Shown piece after piece: positions 17,009 through 25,044 of a stretch of 25,044 nucleotides of DNA (positions are counted from its first letter, which is position 1; every line of letters begins with the position of its first letter). The translations under genes were made by a program, and so were the position numbers. The notes beneath the pieces are model-generated. The model did no database searches, was not told where the DNA came from, and saw nothing but the letters and a program-made list of their open reading frames with translations. The stretch comes from Promethearchaeota archaeon (GTDB lineage Archaea > Asgardarchaeota > Lokiarchaeia > Sigyniarchaeales > SOKP01), in contig JBHLME010000061.1 of NCBI GenBank assembly GCA_048938445.1, positions 1 to 25,044 on the forward strand. Reading direction: 5' to 3'.

Positions 17009-19039
17009 ATGATGAATGGAGGATTTTTTGGAAAAGTTTTATGGATAGATTTATTCTCAGAAATTTTTGAAGAAGAAATCTTAAATGAAGAAATATATAA
17101 ACAATATATTGGAGGTTATGGTCTAGGTTCATATCTGCTTTATAAACACATGAAGCCACGTGTGGATCCTCTTGGAATGGATTCAATATTAGGATTTTTT
17201 CCTGGACTCATGACTGGAACTCCTGCCCCATTTTCAGGGAGATACATGGTTGTTGGGAAATCTCCGTTAACAAAAACATGGGCTAATCCTAATTCTGGCG
17301 GGAGTTTTGGTCCTGAGATAAAAAAATGTGGTTATGATGGGATTTTAATCAAAGGGATTGCATCTACACCTAAGTATATCAGTATAATTGAAGGAAAAAA
17401 AGAAATATTGGACGCTTCAGATATCTGGAAATTAGATATAGTTAGAGCAGAAGAAAGATTGAAAGAAAAGCATGGAAAGTTCATTAAAACAGCAGGAATA
17501 GGACAAGCAGGAGTAAATCTCTCTTTAATTGCCGGAGTTGCAAATGATAAAGGACGTATTGCCGCAAGACAAGGATTAGGTGCGGTCATGGGATCGAAAA
17601 ATCTTAAAATGTTAGTCTTGAAAGGTAATGAAAAAATGCCCTATCATAATAAAGATCATTTTCTAGATGTAATAAAAGAACATAATAGAGAACATGCCTT
17701 TAAAGAACCAAGAACGATTACTAAGCAAGTATTACAATTAGTTCCTAGATTGGGAAAATTCATGAGAAGAACCGGGATGGGATTTTCAGTTCCTCCTGGA
17801 ATAAAAAAGCAAGTTTGGCGAAATCTTGGAACTTCATCAGGAAACACTTTATGCGCTGAAATAGGAGATTCGCCGGTAAAGAATTGGAGCGGAATTGGCA
17901 TGGTTGACTTCCCTTATTCCAAGTCAAAGAATATTTCAGCTTTAGAACTTCAAAAATACAAAATAAGAGACTATGGTTGTTTTAGTTGTCCCGTGCAATG
18001 TGGAGCAATTTTAAAGGTTCCTGAACTGGATTTGGAAGAAACACATTTACCAGAGTATGAGACGTGTTGTGCATTTGGAACTCTTCTCCTGAATGATGAC
18101 CTCAAGTCTATTATTGAAATTAATGATATTTGTAATAGAGCAGCTATAGATACGATATCGCTGGGTGGAACTGTTGCGTTCGCAATTGAGTGTTATGAAA
18201 ATGGTATCCTTACTAAAGTAGATACAGATGGATTGGATTTAACTTGGGGAAATTCAGGAGCAATTGTTGCATTAACGAAAAAAATTATCAACAGGGAAGG
18301 GATTGGAGAAATTTTGGCTGATGGTTCAAAAATAGCTTCAGAAAAAATAGGTAATGGAAGTGACCAATATGTAATGGCTTCATTAGGATGTGAATTTGGT
18401 ATGCATGATCCCAAAAAATATGACTCTTTGGCTTTTTCCTATGCTTACGATCCGACTCCCGGGAATCATAATGCTGCAAGCATTGATTTGATGGAAACTT
18501 TGGGACCAATGGAGAAATTTATTAAAGGAACTTCGATGCCAAAAGGATGGAAAAAAAATCTAAACTCAAAATATAAAGCTCAAGTTATCAATACGAGCTC
18601 TACTCAAGTTATAAATAGTCTCGGTCTCTGCATTCTTGCGCCTTTATTCGGAGAATATCCATTTTTTGAATTATTTAACAGCTTAACAGGTTGGGATTAT
18701 GAATTTAATAATTTTTTTGAAATTGGTCTAAGAATTCAAAATCTTCGTCAAGCATTTACACTTCGAGAAGGGGTAAAACTTGCAGAAAATGAATTACCAG
18801 GAAGAGTGATCGGAAATCCCCCTAACGATATAGGACCTAATAAAAACATAACTGTAGAATATAAAGATTTTTATCAAGGTTATTGCAAAGAAATGGGTTG
18901 GAATGAAAAAGGATTTCCTTTACCTAATACTTTACTTGATCTTGATTTAGAATTTGTAATTGACGATTTATATAGAGATGATAAAGACAAGAAAAATATA
19001 TACAAGGAAATAGAGAGTATATCCGGAGTGTCCTCATAA
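17009..19039 (+). CDS. aor: Tungsten/molybdopterin aldehyde:ferredoxin oxidoreductase (AOR/WOR family)
   Basis: KSPLT, GAVMGSKNLK, [4Fe-4S] ligands CFSCPVQC plus SLGLC, EYET, DTIS; AGGAGTGA SD upstream. Confidence 0.93.
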   Translation: MMNGGFFGKVLWIDLFSEIFEEEILNEEIYKQYIGGYGLGSYLLYKHMKPRVDPLGMDSILGFFPGLMTGTPAPFSGRYMVVGKSPLTKTWANPNSGGSFGPEIKKCGYDGILIKGIASTPKYISIIEGKKEILDASDIWKLDIVRAEERLKEKHGKFIKTAGIGQAGVNLSLIAGVANDKGRIAARQGLGAVMGSKNLKMLVLKGNEKMPYHNKDHFLDVIKEHNREHAFKEPRTITKQVLQLVPRLGKFMRRTGMGFSVPPGIKKQVWRNLGTSSGNTLCAEIGDSPVKNWSGIGMVDFPYSKSKNISALELQKYKIRDYGCFSCPVQCGAILKVPELDLEETHLPEYETCCAFGTLLLNDDLKSIIEINDICNRAAIDTISLGGTVAFAIECYENGILTKVDTDGLDLTWGNSGAIVALTKKIINREGIGEILADGSKIASEKIGNGSDQYVMASLGCEFGMHDPKKYDSLAFSYAYDPTPGNHNAASIDLMETLGPMEKFIKGTSMPKGWKKNLNSKYKAQVINTSSTQVINSLGLCILAPLFGEYPFFELFNSLTGWDYEFNNFFEIGLRIQNLRQAFTLREGVKLAENELPGRVIGNPPNDIGPNKNITVEYKDFYQGYCKEMGWNEKGFPLPNTLLDLDLEFVIDDLYRDDKDKKNIYKEIESISGVSS

Positions 19040-19123
19040 CAAAATTCGATTTTTTCCTGTATTTTAATTTTTTTAATAATTCATTTTTTCACTTTTTATT
19101 TCAATTTTAAATGGTCTAATATC

Positions 19124-19140
19124 CTTGACTAATGGTCAAG
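19124..19140. promoter_or_regulatory. Inverted repeat CTTGAC-N5-GTCAAG, candidate operator
   Basis: Perfect GC-containing 6-bp arms in an otherwise very AT-rich spacer, about 70 bp upstream of the ArsR-like gene. Confidence 0.55.
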
Positions 19141-19211
19141 AGATCAGGAATTAAATACTAAGAATCAATAACTAATATTAATTAAAAAATTTAAAAAGGT
19201 GAAAGATAGTA

Positions 19212-19703
19212 ATGAATGGAAAGAATGAAACCAATAAAAACACAGATGAATTCTTACAAGTCGAGCTCTTCGAAGCGATTTCACATCCTACAAGAATAAA
19301 AATATTAAAATTACTAAATGATAAAGAATTGGGTTTTTCAGAATTAAAAAGAAAATTAGGATTGTCAAGTAGCGGAAATCTCACCCACCACCTTAATAAA
19401 CTTTTAAATTTAATCAGCAATAACCCAAATGGAAATTATGAAATTAGCGATATGGGAAAAGACGCGCTTTTCATGATCGAAATTGCTGCTCAAAAAGATA
19501 AAAATTGGATGGCAACTATTTATGGAATCATTTATACCTTGTCTTTTTATAGTGTATATATCACTATTTGGATTATTTTAGATGCTTTTTTTCCACTCGG
19601 ATTTCATCCTATATTTTCAATACCTATTGCATTAATTCTATCAACTATAAATTTTTATAGTAGTAGGTTAATGTTTCAAAAGAAATATCGGAATACTAAA
19701 TAG
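19212..19703 (+). CDS. ArsR-family winged-HTH regulator with two C-terminal transmembrane helices
   Basis: LFEAISHPTRIKILKLL...FSELKRKLGLSSSGNLTHHLNKL, followed by two hydrophobic segments; AGGTGA SD. Confidence 0.85.
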   Translation: MNGKNETNKNTDEFLQVELFEAISHPTRIKILKLLNDKELGFSELKRKLGLSSSGNLTHHLNKLLNLISNNPNGNYEISDMGKDALFMIEIAAQKDKNWMATIYGIIYTLSFYSVYITIWIILDAFFPLGFHPIFSIPIALILSTINFYSSRLMFQKKYRNTK

Positions 19704-19840
19704 AATATCAATTAAAAACGTAATCTTCCATTAATACCAATAATAATAATCTCTATTTTTATAAAATCAGCTTTAAAGTAAAATTATTTATATTAATTCT
19801 CATATTAATCATTTAAATTTTATGAGAAGGTCTTTGAATC

Positions 19841-20509
19841 ATGGTATCTTCAGATAAGAATGAAAAGAAATCTATGGGATTAGCACGCGAAATTTGCATT
19901 TGGAAAGACCAATTAGAATGTGGTGATTGTGAATTAAACGAAAAACTCTTCTGTCGTCCAAAATTGAAATATATGATATATTTTACAACTCCCTTTTTTA
20001 TAGGAATCATTCCAGTCGCACTAGGCATGTTAATCTCAGCAAATATCGAATTACTTTGGAAAATTATTTTTTTTACAGGATGGATCGGGTATAGTATTTT
20101 CTTCTTTTTTATCTGGGAAAGCCGGATGGTATGCAATCATTGCCCTTATTATGCGAATGATGAACAAAAAACTCTCCATTGTCCAATCGATAGAGGCAAG
20201 CTTAAAACGGGAAAATATAATCCCGGTCCCTTAAGTAAATCTGAAAAGATCCAATTCATCATTGGAGTGTCAATATTAGTGGGGTATCCTTTTCCATTCC
20301 TCATAATTTTTAATCTTTTCATTCCCTTGATTATATATATCGCTGCAATAGCAAGTTGGTTAATAATTTTACAGTTTAAAATATGTACTGATTGCGTGAA
20401 TTTTGCATGTGTACTTAATCGAGTTCCAAAAAGTATAAGAAGTGAGTTCATGAACCGAAATCCCATAATAAAAAAAGCATGGGAAGAGGAAGGATATCAT
20501 TTTGATTAA
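19841..20509 (+). CDS. Cys-rich four-TM membrane protein of unknown function
   Basis: Cys clusters C-x6-C-x2-C-x7-C, CNHCPYY...LHC and CTDCVNFAC, separated by two TM hairpins. Confidence 0.75.
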   Translation: MVSSDKNEKKSMGLAREICIWKDQLECGDCELNEKLFCRPKLKYMIYFTTPFFIGIIPVALGMLISANIELLWKIIFFTGWIGYSIFFFFIWESRMVCNHCPYYANDEQKTLHCPIDRGKLKTGKYNPGPLSKSEKIQFIIGVSILVGYPFPFLIIFNLFIPLIIYIAAIASWLIILQFKICTDCVNFACVLNRVPKSIRSEFMNRNPIIKKAWEEEGYHFD

Positions 20510-20773
20510 TGATATCAATTTCATGAGATTTAATTTTTTTTAAAATTTAGTGGGGAGCAAATATTTACGTGCATTTTATGACCATTTATTAATCACCAAA
20601 AACTTCAATTTAACAGTCTATCGACAAATTTTACTTTAGTATTTATAGTGAAAAGTTTAAATTCTTGAAAACACTAGTTTGTTTATTAAAACAATTGTTT
20701 GATCAATTAGAAACTTCTTTATTAAAATACTGTTGAAATTTTAATAAATTTTAACTAAAATGGTATAATTACT

Positions 20774-21568
20774 ATGGAAAAGAACACTCAACTAATACAG
20801 CAACTGCGATCTCAATCAATTAAAGCGATCATCTTCGATTTCGATGGAACGTTGCTTGACATAAAAGGAGCAATGGAAAAAGCCATTGAAGAAACATTTA
20901 ATGACAATCGAATTGAGGCGGATATGGAATTGACGATTCAAGAAATAGGGGAGTTATTAGAAACGCTACAAGGTTACCCTTTGCCCAAGATCATCTTACA
21001 TTCTTATGATCTGGTCAAGAAGATTACTGCTTTCGAGAAATTGACGTTTATAAAGAAAATTCTCATTAGCACGCAGATATTTTCAAAATATTTAGAATAT
21101 GCGAAAGAATCCCCCTTATTCCCCGGGATTGAGCAGTTATTAAAGACTCTCGGTAAAAAATGTAAGTGTGATCTCTATATCGTTTCTCACAGTAAGAAAG
21201 ATAATATCGTATTTCATTTAGAAAAAAATGGAATTGAGAAATATTTTAAGGGAATTTTTGGAACTGATGAAATTCCCGCGTTGAAACCACATCCTAATGC
21301 TCTTGAGCCCGCTATAAAAAATTATCCGATTAGCATTAATCGAAATCAATTTGTTATGATAGGAGACATGCCTTCTGACATCGAAGCAGGTCAAGAAGCA
21401 GAATTTAAAACGATAGGAGTTGCCAGTGGAATAAGCAATAAAGAGATTCTCGCGGGTCTTAACCCCGATTTATTAGTTGAGTCGATAAATGAATTACATG
21501 GATTAATCACTCAAGATAATACCGTTTCTAAACCAAAATCTCACAATTCATTAAAAATTAAATCATAA
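20774..21568 (+). CDS. HAD-superfamily hydrolase (phosphoglycolate-phosphatase-like)
   Basis: Motif I FDFDGTL, motif II VS, motif III KP, motif IV GDMPSD. Confidence 0.9.
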   Translation: MEKNTQLIQQLRSQSIKAIIFDFDGTLLDIKGAMEKAIEETFNDNRIEADMELTIQEIGELLETLQGYPLPKIILHSYDLVKKITAFEKLTFIKKILISTQIFSKYLEYAKESPLFPGIEQLLKTLGKKCKCDLYIVSHSKKDNIVFHLEKNGIEKYFKGIFGTDEIPALKPHPNALEPAIKNYPISINRNQFVMIGDMPSDIEAGQEAEFKTIGVASGISNKEILAGLNPDLLVESINELHGLITQDNTVSKPKSHNSLKIKS

Positions 21569-21679
21569 GGGGATGGGAAAGTAAAAAGGATTTTCCATGA
21601 ACTTCTTATGTTTTAAAGATAATTAATTTCTCTTTAGTTTAATTTCATAAAAATATAATAAAAAGAAAAAAAATAATAT

Positions 21680-23464
21680 TTAACGAGTTACTTTTCTATT
21701 CTTTATCATTCTCCTTAATTGACTTTGAATCTTTAAGCGATCTAAATTTTGGTGCATTTTTGGTTTTACAATTCGAGCTTCTTCGGGAAATTTTGAATTA
21801 AGTTCGTCAATCACAGTTATTAACTCTTCATCATTTAAATATTGTAAATATCCTCGAGCAATAAGATATTCAACCACATTTGGTACCCCACTTGTAAGCC
21901 TGAGGGCGATTTCTTCTTTAAAAACCTTTTTTGCTAAAGGATCTCCTAGTATAGTCAACCTTCTTAAGAGAGGAAATGCTAGATTTCTATGTAATAATCT
22001 TGTATCATAATCATTTTCAGCCCATGCTTGTAAATTTGAACAATGTCCCCAAAATTCCATTTCAGGAGTCAATATTCTACGATTTTGAACTCCTAATGAC
22101 TTATCTAATTTAATCTCTGCCTCATCAATTGAATCAATAGAATCGTTTAAGATTTTGTCTTCTACGGGAATGTTAAAAAGTAAATACATGCACTGTAGGA
22201 ACCTGATATTTCTTAGATATATATAAGTTTTATTATATTCAAACCTAAGTGTTATATAGTCATTAATTTTAAATTGTTTTAATGATTTCGTTTTAATCTT
22301 ATGCACTTTAAACGTGTTGCTAATCCCTAGGATTTGAATTATTGGATTTTCATTCAAGAATATAACATCTAATGAAACTAATTTGTTTATCGATTCTGGT
22401 AGAGTTTTAATGTTATTCCATCCTAAATATAGAAAATTGAGTGAAGTTAATTCCGTGATTTCATCTGGTAACAAAGAGATATCATTGTCTCCTAAATCAA
22501 TTCTTGTTAAATTTTCCAAATTTTTAATTGATTTGGGAATTACCTTAATATTATTCGTTCCAAGATATAATTCTCTTAGTTTGGATAGTTTGCATATCAT
22601 CTCTGGAATTTTATTAAGTTTATTTCTAAATAAATTTAAATTTATAAGGGATTTTAATTTTTTAAAACTTTTCGGAAGTGAATTTAAATCGTTATCGGCA
22701 AGTTTCAAATTTTTTAAATTAAATAATTTGCCAAATGTATCTGGAAGTTTAGTTAAGTTGTTTTTATTTAATAATAATTCTTCAAGAGAGTAGAGATCCC
22801 CAAATGATTCACATAACTTAAATATGTTATTTTTACTCAAATCTAAATATTTAAGGAATTTTAATTTTCCAAATGAATCTGGGAGAGATTGAATATTATT
22901 ATTTTCAAGAGATAAAAAGCTCAATAATTTAAGATTCCCGATGTTCTCAGGTAGTGATTTCAATTGATTATTTGATAGTATTAATTTTCTAAGATGCTTA
23001 AATGTTAAAATATATTCTGGAAAAACTTCCAAATTGCAATAACTTAAATCTAACTCTTTAATTTTACGCTTGTCAAGATAGTTATATAATATCAAGAATT
23101 CCTTTTCATGAAAGTACTTGCTAATCATTTTTTTCTTTAAATATATTATATTTTCGCTTGAAACCATTGTCAATTTTTTTCTAATTTCATTTCTCATAAA
23201 TATTGTTAAATTAGGATTTCCCGATTCAATCAATTTTTCCAATAGTGGAAAGGCCAATTCTACTTTAAGGATGTCAAAATTATAACCAGTTTTAATCCAC
23301 TCATGAATTAATTTACACTGATAATGGAACTCTTGCTCTCTCTCTTTTATGAATCTGGTTTTTGATAATGTTTTTAGAGTAACGATTTTAATATTATTTA
23401 CATGAGCACTAATCTTATTGCCTTTCAATCTTATCTTAATTAATTGGTTAATTTCATGCTCCAT
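21680..23464 (-). CDS. Leucine-rich-repeat protein with Lokiarchaeia-type 'EFWGHCSNLQAW' domain
   Basis: Ten complete 23-aa LRRs plus a partial one (aa ~135-375), then FKINDYITLR...EFWGHCSNLQAWAENDYDTRLLHRNLAFPLL...KVFKEEI. Confidence 0.9.
   Translation of the reverse strand: MEHEINQLIKIRLKGNKISAHVNNIKIVTLKTLSKTRFIKEREQEFHYQCKLIHEWIKTGYNFDILKVELAFPLLEKLIESGNPNLTIFMRNEIRKKLTMVSSENIIYLKKKMISKYFHEKEFLILYNYLDKRKIKELDLSYCNLEVFPEYILTFKHLRKLILSNNQLKSLPENIGNLKLLSFLSLENNNIQSLPDSFGKLKFLKYLDLSKNNIFKLCESFGDLYSLEELLLNKNNLTKLPDTFGKLFNLKNLKLADNDLNSLPKSFKKLKSLINLNLFRNKLNKIPEMICKLSKLRELYLGTNNIKVIPKSIKNLENLTRIDLGDNDISLLPDEITELTSLNFLYLGWNNIKTLPESINKLVSLDVIFLNENPIIQILGISNTFKVHKIKTKSLKQFKINDYITLRFEYNKTYIYLRNIRFLQCMYLLFNIPVEDKILNDSIDSIDEAEIKLDKSLGVQNRRILTPEMEFWGHCSNLQAWAENDYDTRLLHRNLAFPLLRRLTILGDPLAKKVFKEEIALRLTSGVPNVVEYLIARGYLQYLNDEELITVIDELNSKFPEEARIVKPKMHQNLDRLKIQSQLRRMIKNRKVTR
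22340..23062 (-). repeat. Coding LRR array, 69-bp period, about 10.5 units
   Basis: Consensus LxxLxLxxNxLxxLPxxIxxLxx counted in the translation. Confidence 0.9.
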
Positions 23465-23648
23465 AATTAGAATACAACCCTTTATTTTTTTATTTTGGAT
23501 CTTTTAAACCCTTACTACCCACAAATACATATAAAATTGAGCCTTATAAATTTAAGCATAAAGAGATGAATAAAATGGAAAAACCTAAAGAAAAAATAAT
23601 CCGGAAGCCATTTTAAACTGCATTCGGAAAAAAAAGATTGGCATAATA

Positions 23649-23807
23649 TCACGTTGATGTCAATATCTTCTTTCTTTTTATTAAATATTCTGGACACAGA
23701 CGAAAAAAAGCAACTTTGCTACAAGAATCCTTTTTTGGAAGGGAGCACGAAGTCAATAATGGACACTTTCCTCCCATTAAATTATTCAATTCCATATCAT
23801 TGGACAT
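23649..23807 (-). CDS. Unannotated 52-aa four-cysteine microprotein
   Basis: MSNDMELNNLMGGKCPLLTSCSLPKKDSCSKVAFFRLCPEYLIKRKKILTST* (C-x5-C-x7-C-x8-C). TTTATAAA box at 23830-23837, 22 nt upstream of the ATG. Shorter than any ORF in the provided track. Confidence 0.7.
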   Translation of the reverse strand: MSNDMELNNLMGGKCPLLTSCSLPKKDSCSKVAFFRLCPEYLIKRKKILTST

Positions 23808-23913
23808 GATAATATAATACAAGCCTCTCTTTATAAATAAAAAAGAAATCCAAACATATAAGAATAAATTATCAATATTTCAATAATTTTTAAGAAAAAA
23901 AGGGGAGGGATAG

Positions 23914-24597
23914 TTAAAGACAGTCCAGGTCATTGACCAAGAATCCAAAAAAAAAATATCCAACCAAATAAATATAAACACTTGGGGTATTTAATTTGGA
24001 CTTCTTGTTCGGGTAGCCCAGTGACATGCAGATAACCAGCTTTTTACTCTCTGCTATACCGAGGAATTTTTTTATCTCCTGTGCGTACTCGGTCACCGAG
24101 GCCTGCAGGCAGCTCCCCACGCCAAGCGAGTGGGCCGCCAGAATCAGGTTCTGGGCAAACAGTCCTATGTCGAAGATCGACCACTCTCCCAGCGACCCAT
24201 CAATGAAAAGGAAGACAGCGCACGGCGCGCCGTAAAACTCATAGTTCATCAGCCGCAATTTTTCTCTCCCCTCTTCATCATCCCTCGCCACCCCGAGCGT
24301 GCTGAGCCTACGAGCGCCATGTTCCCGGGAGCGCTCCTCCAACGCCGGCGGCCGGCCCTTCGGCATAGGCAGGTCGCGACTGGTCGGCGCCTTTGCCTTC
24401 GCCAGTTCCAGCAGTTTATGACCCAGTTCCTCCTTCTTTTTACCACTAACCACGACAACCTCCCAGGGCTGGGTGTTGGTATAGGAAGGGGTGTTGCTCA
24501 CCGCCTGCAATACCTTTTGCATCACATCTCTGGGAATGAGTTTGGGCTTGAATGCGCGAATACTCTGCCTTGTCTTTATACCTTTCAGGATTTCCAT
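23914..24597 (-). pseudogene. Nitroreductase-family flavoprotein, GC-rich, with its natural 3' end apparently replaced near 23985
   Basis: RQSIRAF, PSYTNTQPW, FYGAP, DIGLFAQNLILAAHSLGVGSC, LGYP. True start probably ATG 24597 (GGAGGT 7 nt upstream). After ...KSKLN the frame runs into AT-rich sequence giving an unnatural tail. Confidence 0.75.
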
Positions 24598-24737
24598 CGG
24601 TGATACCTCCATTTAAATGATTTAAAGTATGCGGTCATTAAAAGGTTGGCGATGCCCAGCCTTCTTTCAGAAGATCTGAGATTATTGACTGACATAGATC
24701 GGCCTTAAGTGTTAAGAACTTACTTCAGAATAGATTG

Positions 24738-24767
24738 AACTTAGCGAAAAAAAGAGCTATATGTCAA
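24738..24767 (-). promoter_or_regulatory. Bacterial sigma70-like promoter upstream of the nitroreductase
   Basis: TTGACA (24767-24762), 18-nt spacer, TAAGTT (24743-24738) on the minus strand. Confidence 0.5.
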
Positions 24768-25044
24768 GCCAAAAAGACATCGAGATATTAAGAAGGTTTT
24801 AGGCCAGTATTGCAGATAACGATTACCAAATCTTGCATCATGATCCAAATCTACCACCCAACGTCTTCATGAAATTATCCTGATTTTCCCAAAATCCTCG
24901 AATGGTAATTCTAGGTTCTCTCCAGGGGGAATTTGGGGTCAAACGTTCAACATTCAATTAAGCGTAAGGAGGGCCCATCCATGAGTTGCGGCCTGCTAAG
25001 GCCGTCTAGTCTTTCAGATGGAAAACCTTCCGACGTAGCCCTTA

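Noticed and set aside
17332-18509. Several 70-85 aa minus-strand ORFs within aor, and similar short nested ORFs elsewhere
   Set aside because: Antisense or alternate-frame shadows of well-supported genes.
22383-22793. 136-aa plus-strand ORF with periodic sequence
   Set aside because: Antisense of the LRR array; the periodicity is inherited from it.
22340-23062. LRR repeats as a DGR target or tandem DNA repeat
   Set aside because: Units are diverged at the DNA level; no template/variable repeat pair or reverse transcriptase is seen.
23515-23697. 60-aa minus-strand ORF in the track
   Set aside because: Low-complexity F/K-rich sequence with a GTG start; overlaps the better-supported Cys4 ORF in another frame.
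24130-24603. 157-aa plus-strand ORF, and the short ORFs 24026..24235 and 24249..24458
   Set aside because: Shadow frames of the GC-rich nitroreductase, where stop codons are scarce; no recognisable motifs.

Overview
AT-rich (about 30% GC by eye), gene-dense archaeal region. Its protein families point to an Asgard archaeon of the Lokiarchaeia/Promethearchaeia type: an LRR protein with an 'EFWGHCSNLQAW' domain, small orphan proteins, and TATA/BRE promoters. In order it holds a CheY-like receiver and CheR, several hypothetical proteins, an ABC-2 exporter, a DUF998-like membrane protein, an ICMT-family gene broken by an in-frame TAG, a CorA-like protein, a stand-alone condensation/acyltransferase, a TcmP/LCM-type methyltransferase, an MFS transporter, an HxlR regulator divergent from a tungsten-type aldehyde:ferredoxin oxidoreductase, a membrane-anchored ArsR, a Cys-rich membrane protein, a HAD hydrolase, an LRR protein and an unannotated 52-aa Cys4 microprotein. 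The last ~1 kb is GC-rich and bacterial-looking, with a 3'-truncated nitroreductase. The most notable structure is a regulatory cassette repeated three times within 9 kb. Two different GbsR/MarR-like winged-HTH subunit types ('A' then 'B') are encoded as a gene pair twice and as one A-B fusion once. Each is divergent from an unrelated target gene across a homologous promoter (AAAACATTTAWATAT) flanked by TTTCA-N7-TGAAA-type boxes. This suggests an obligate heterodimeric archaeal repressor family.
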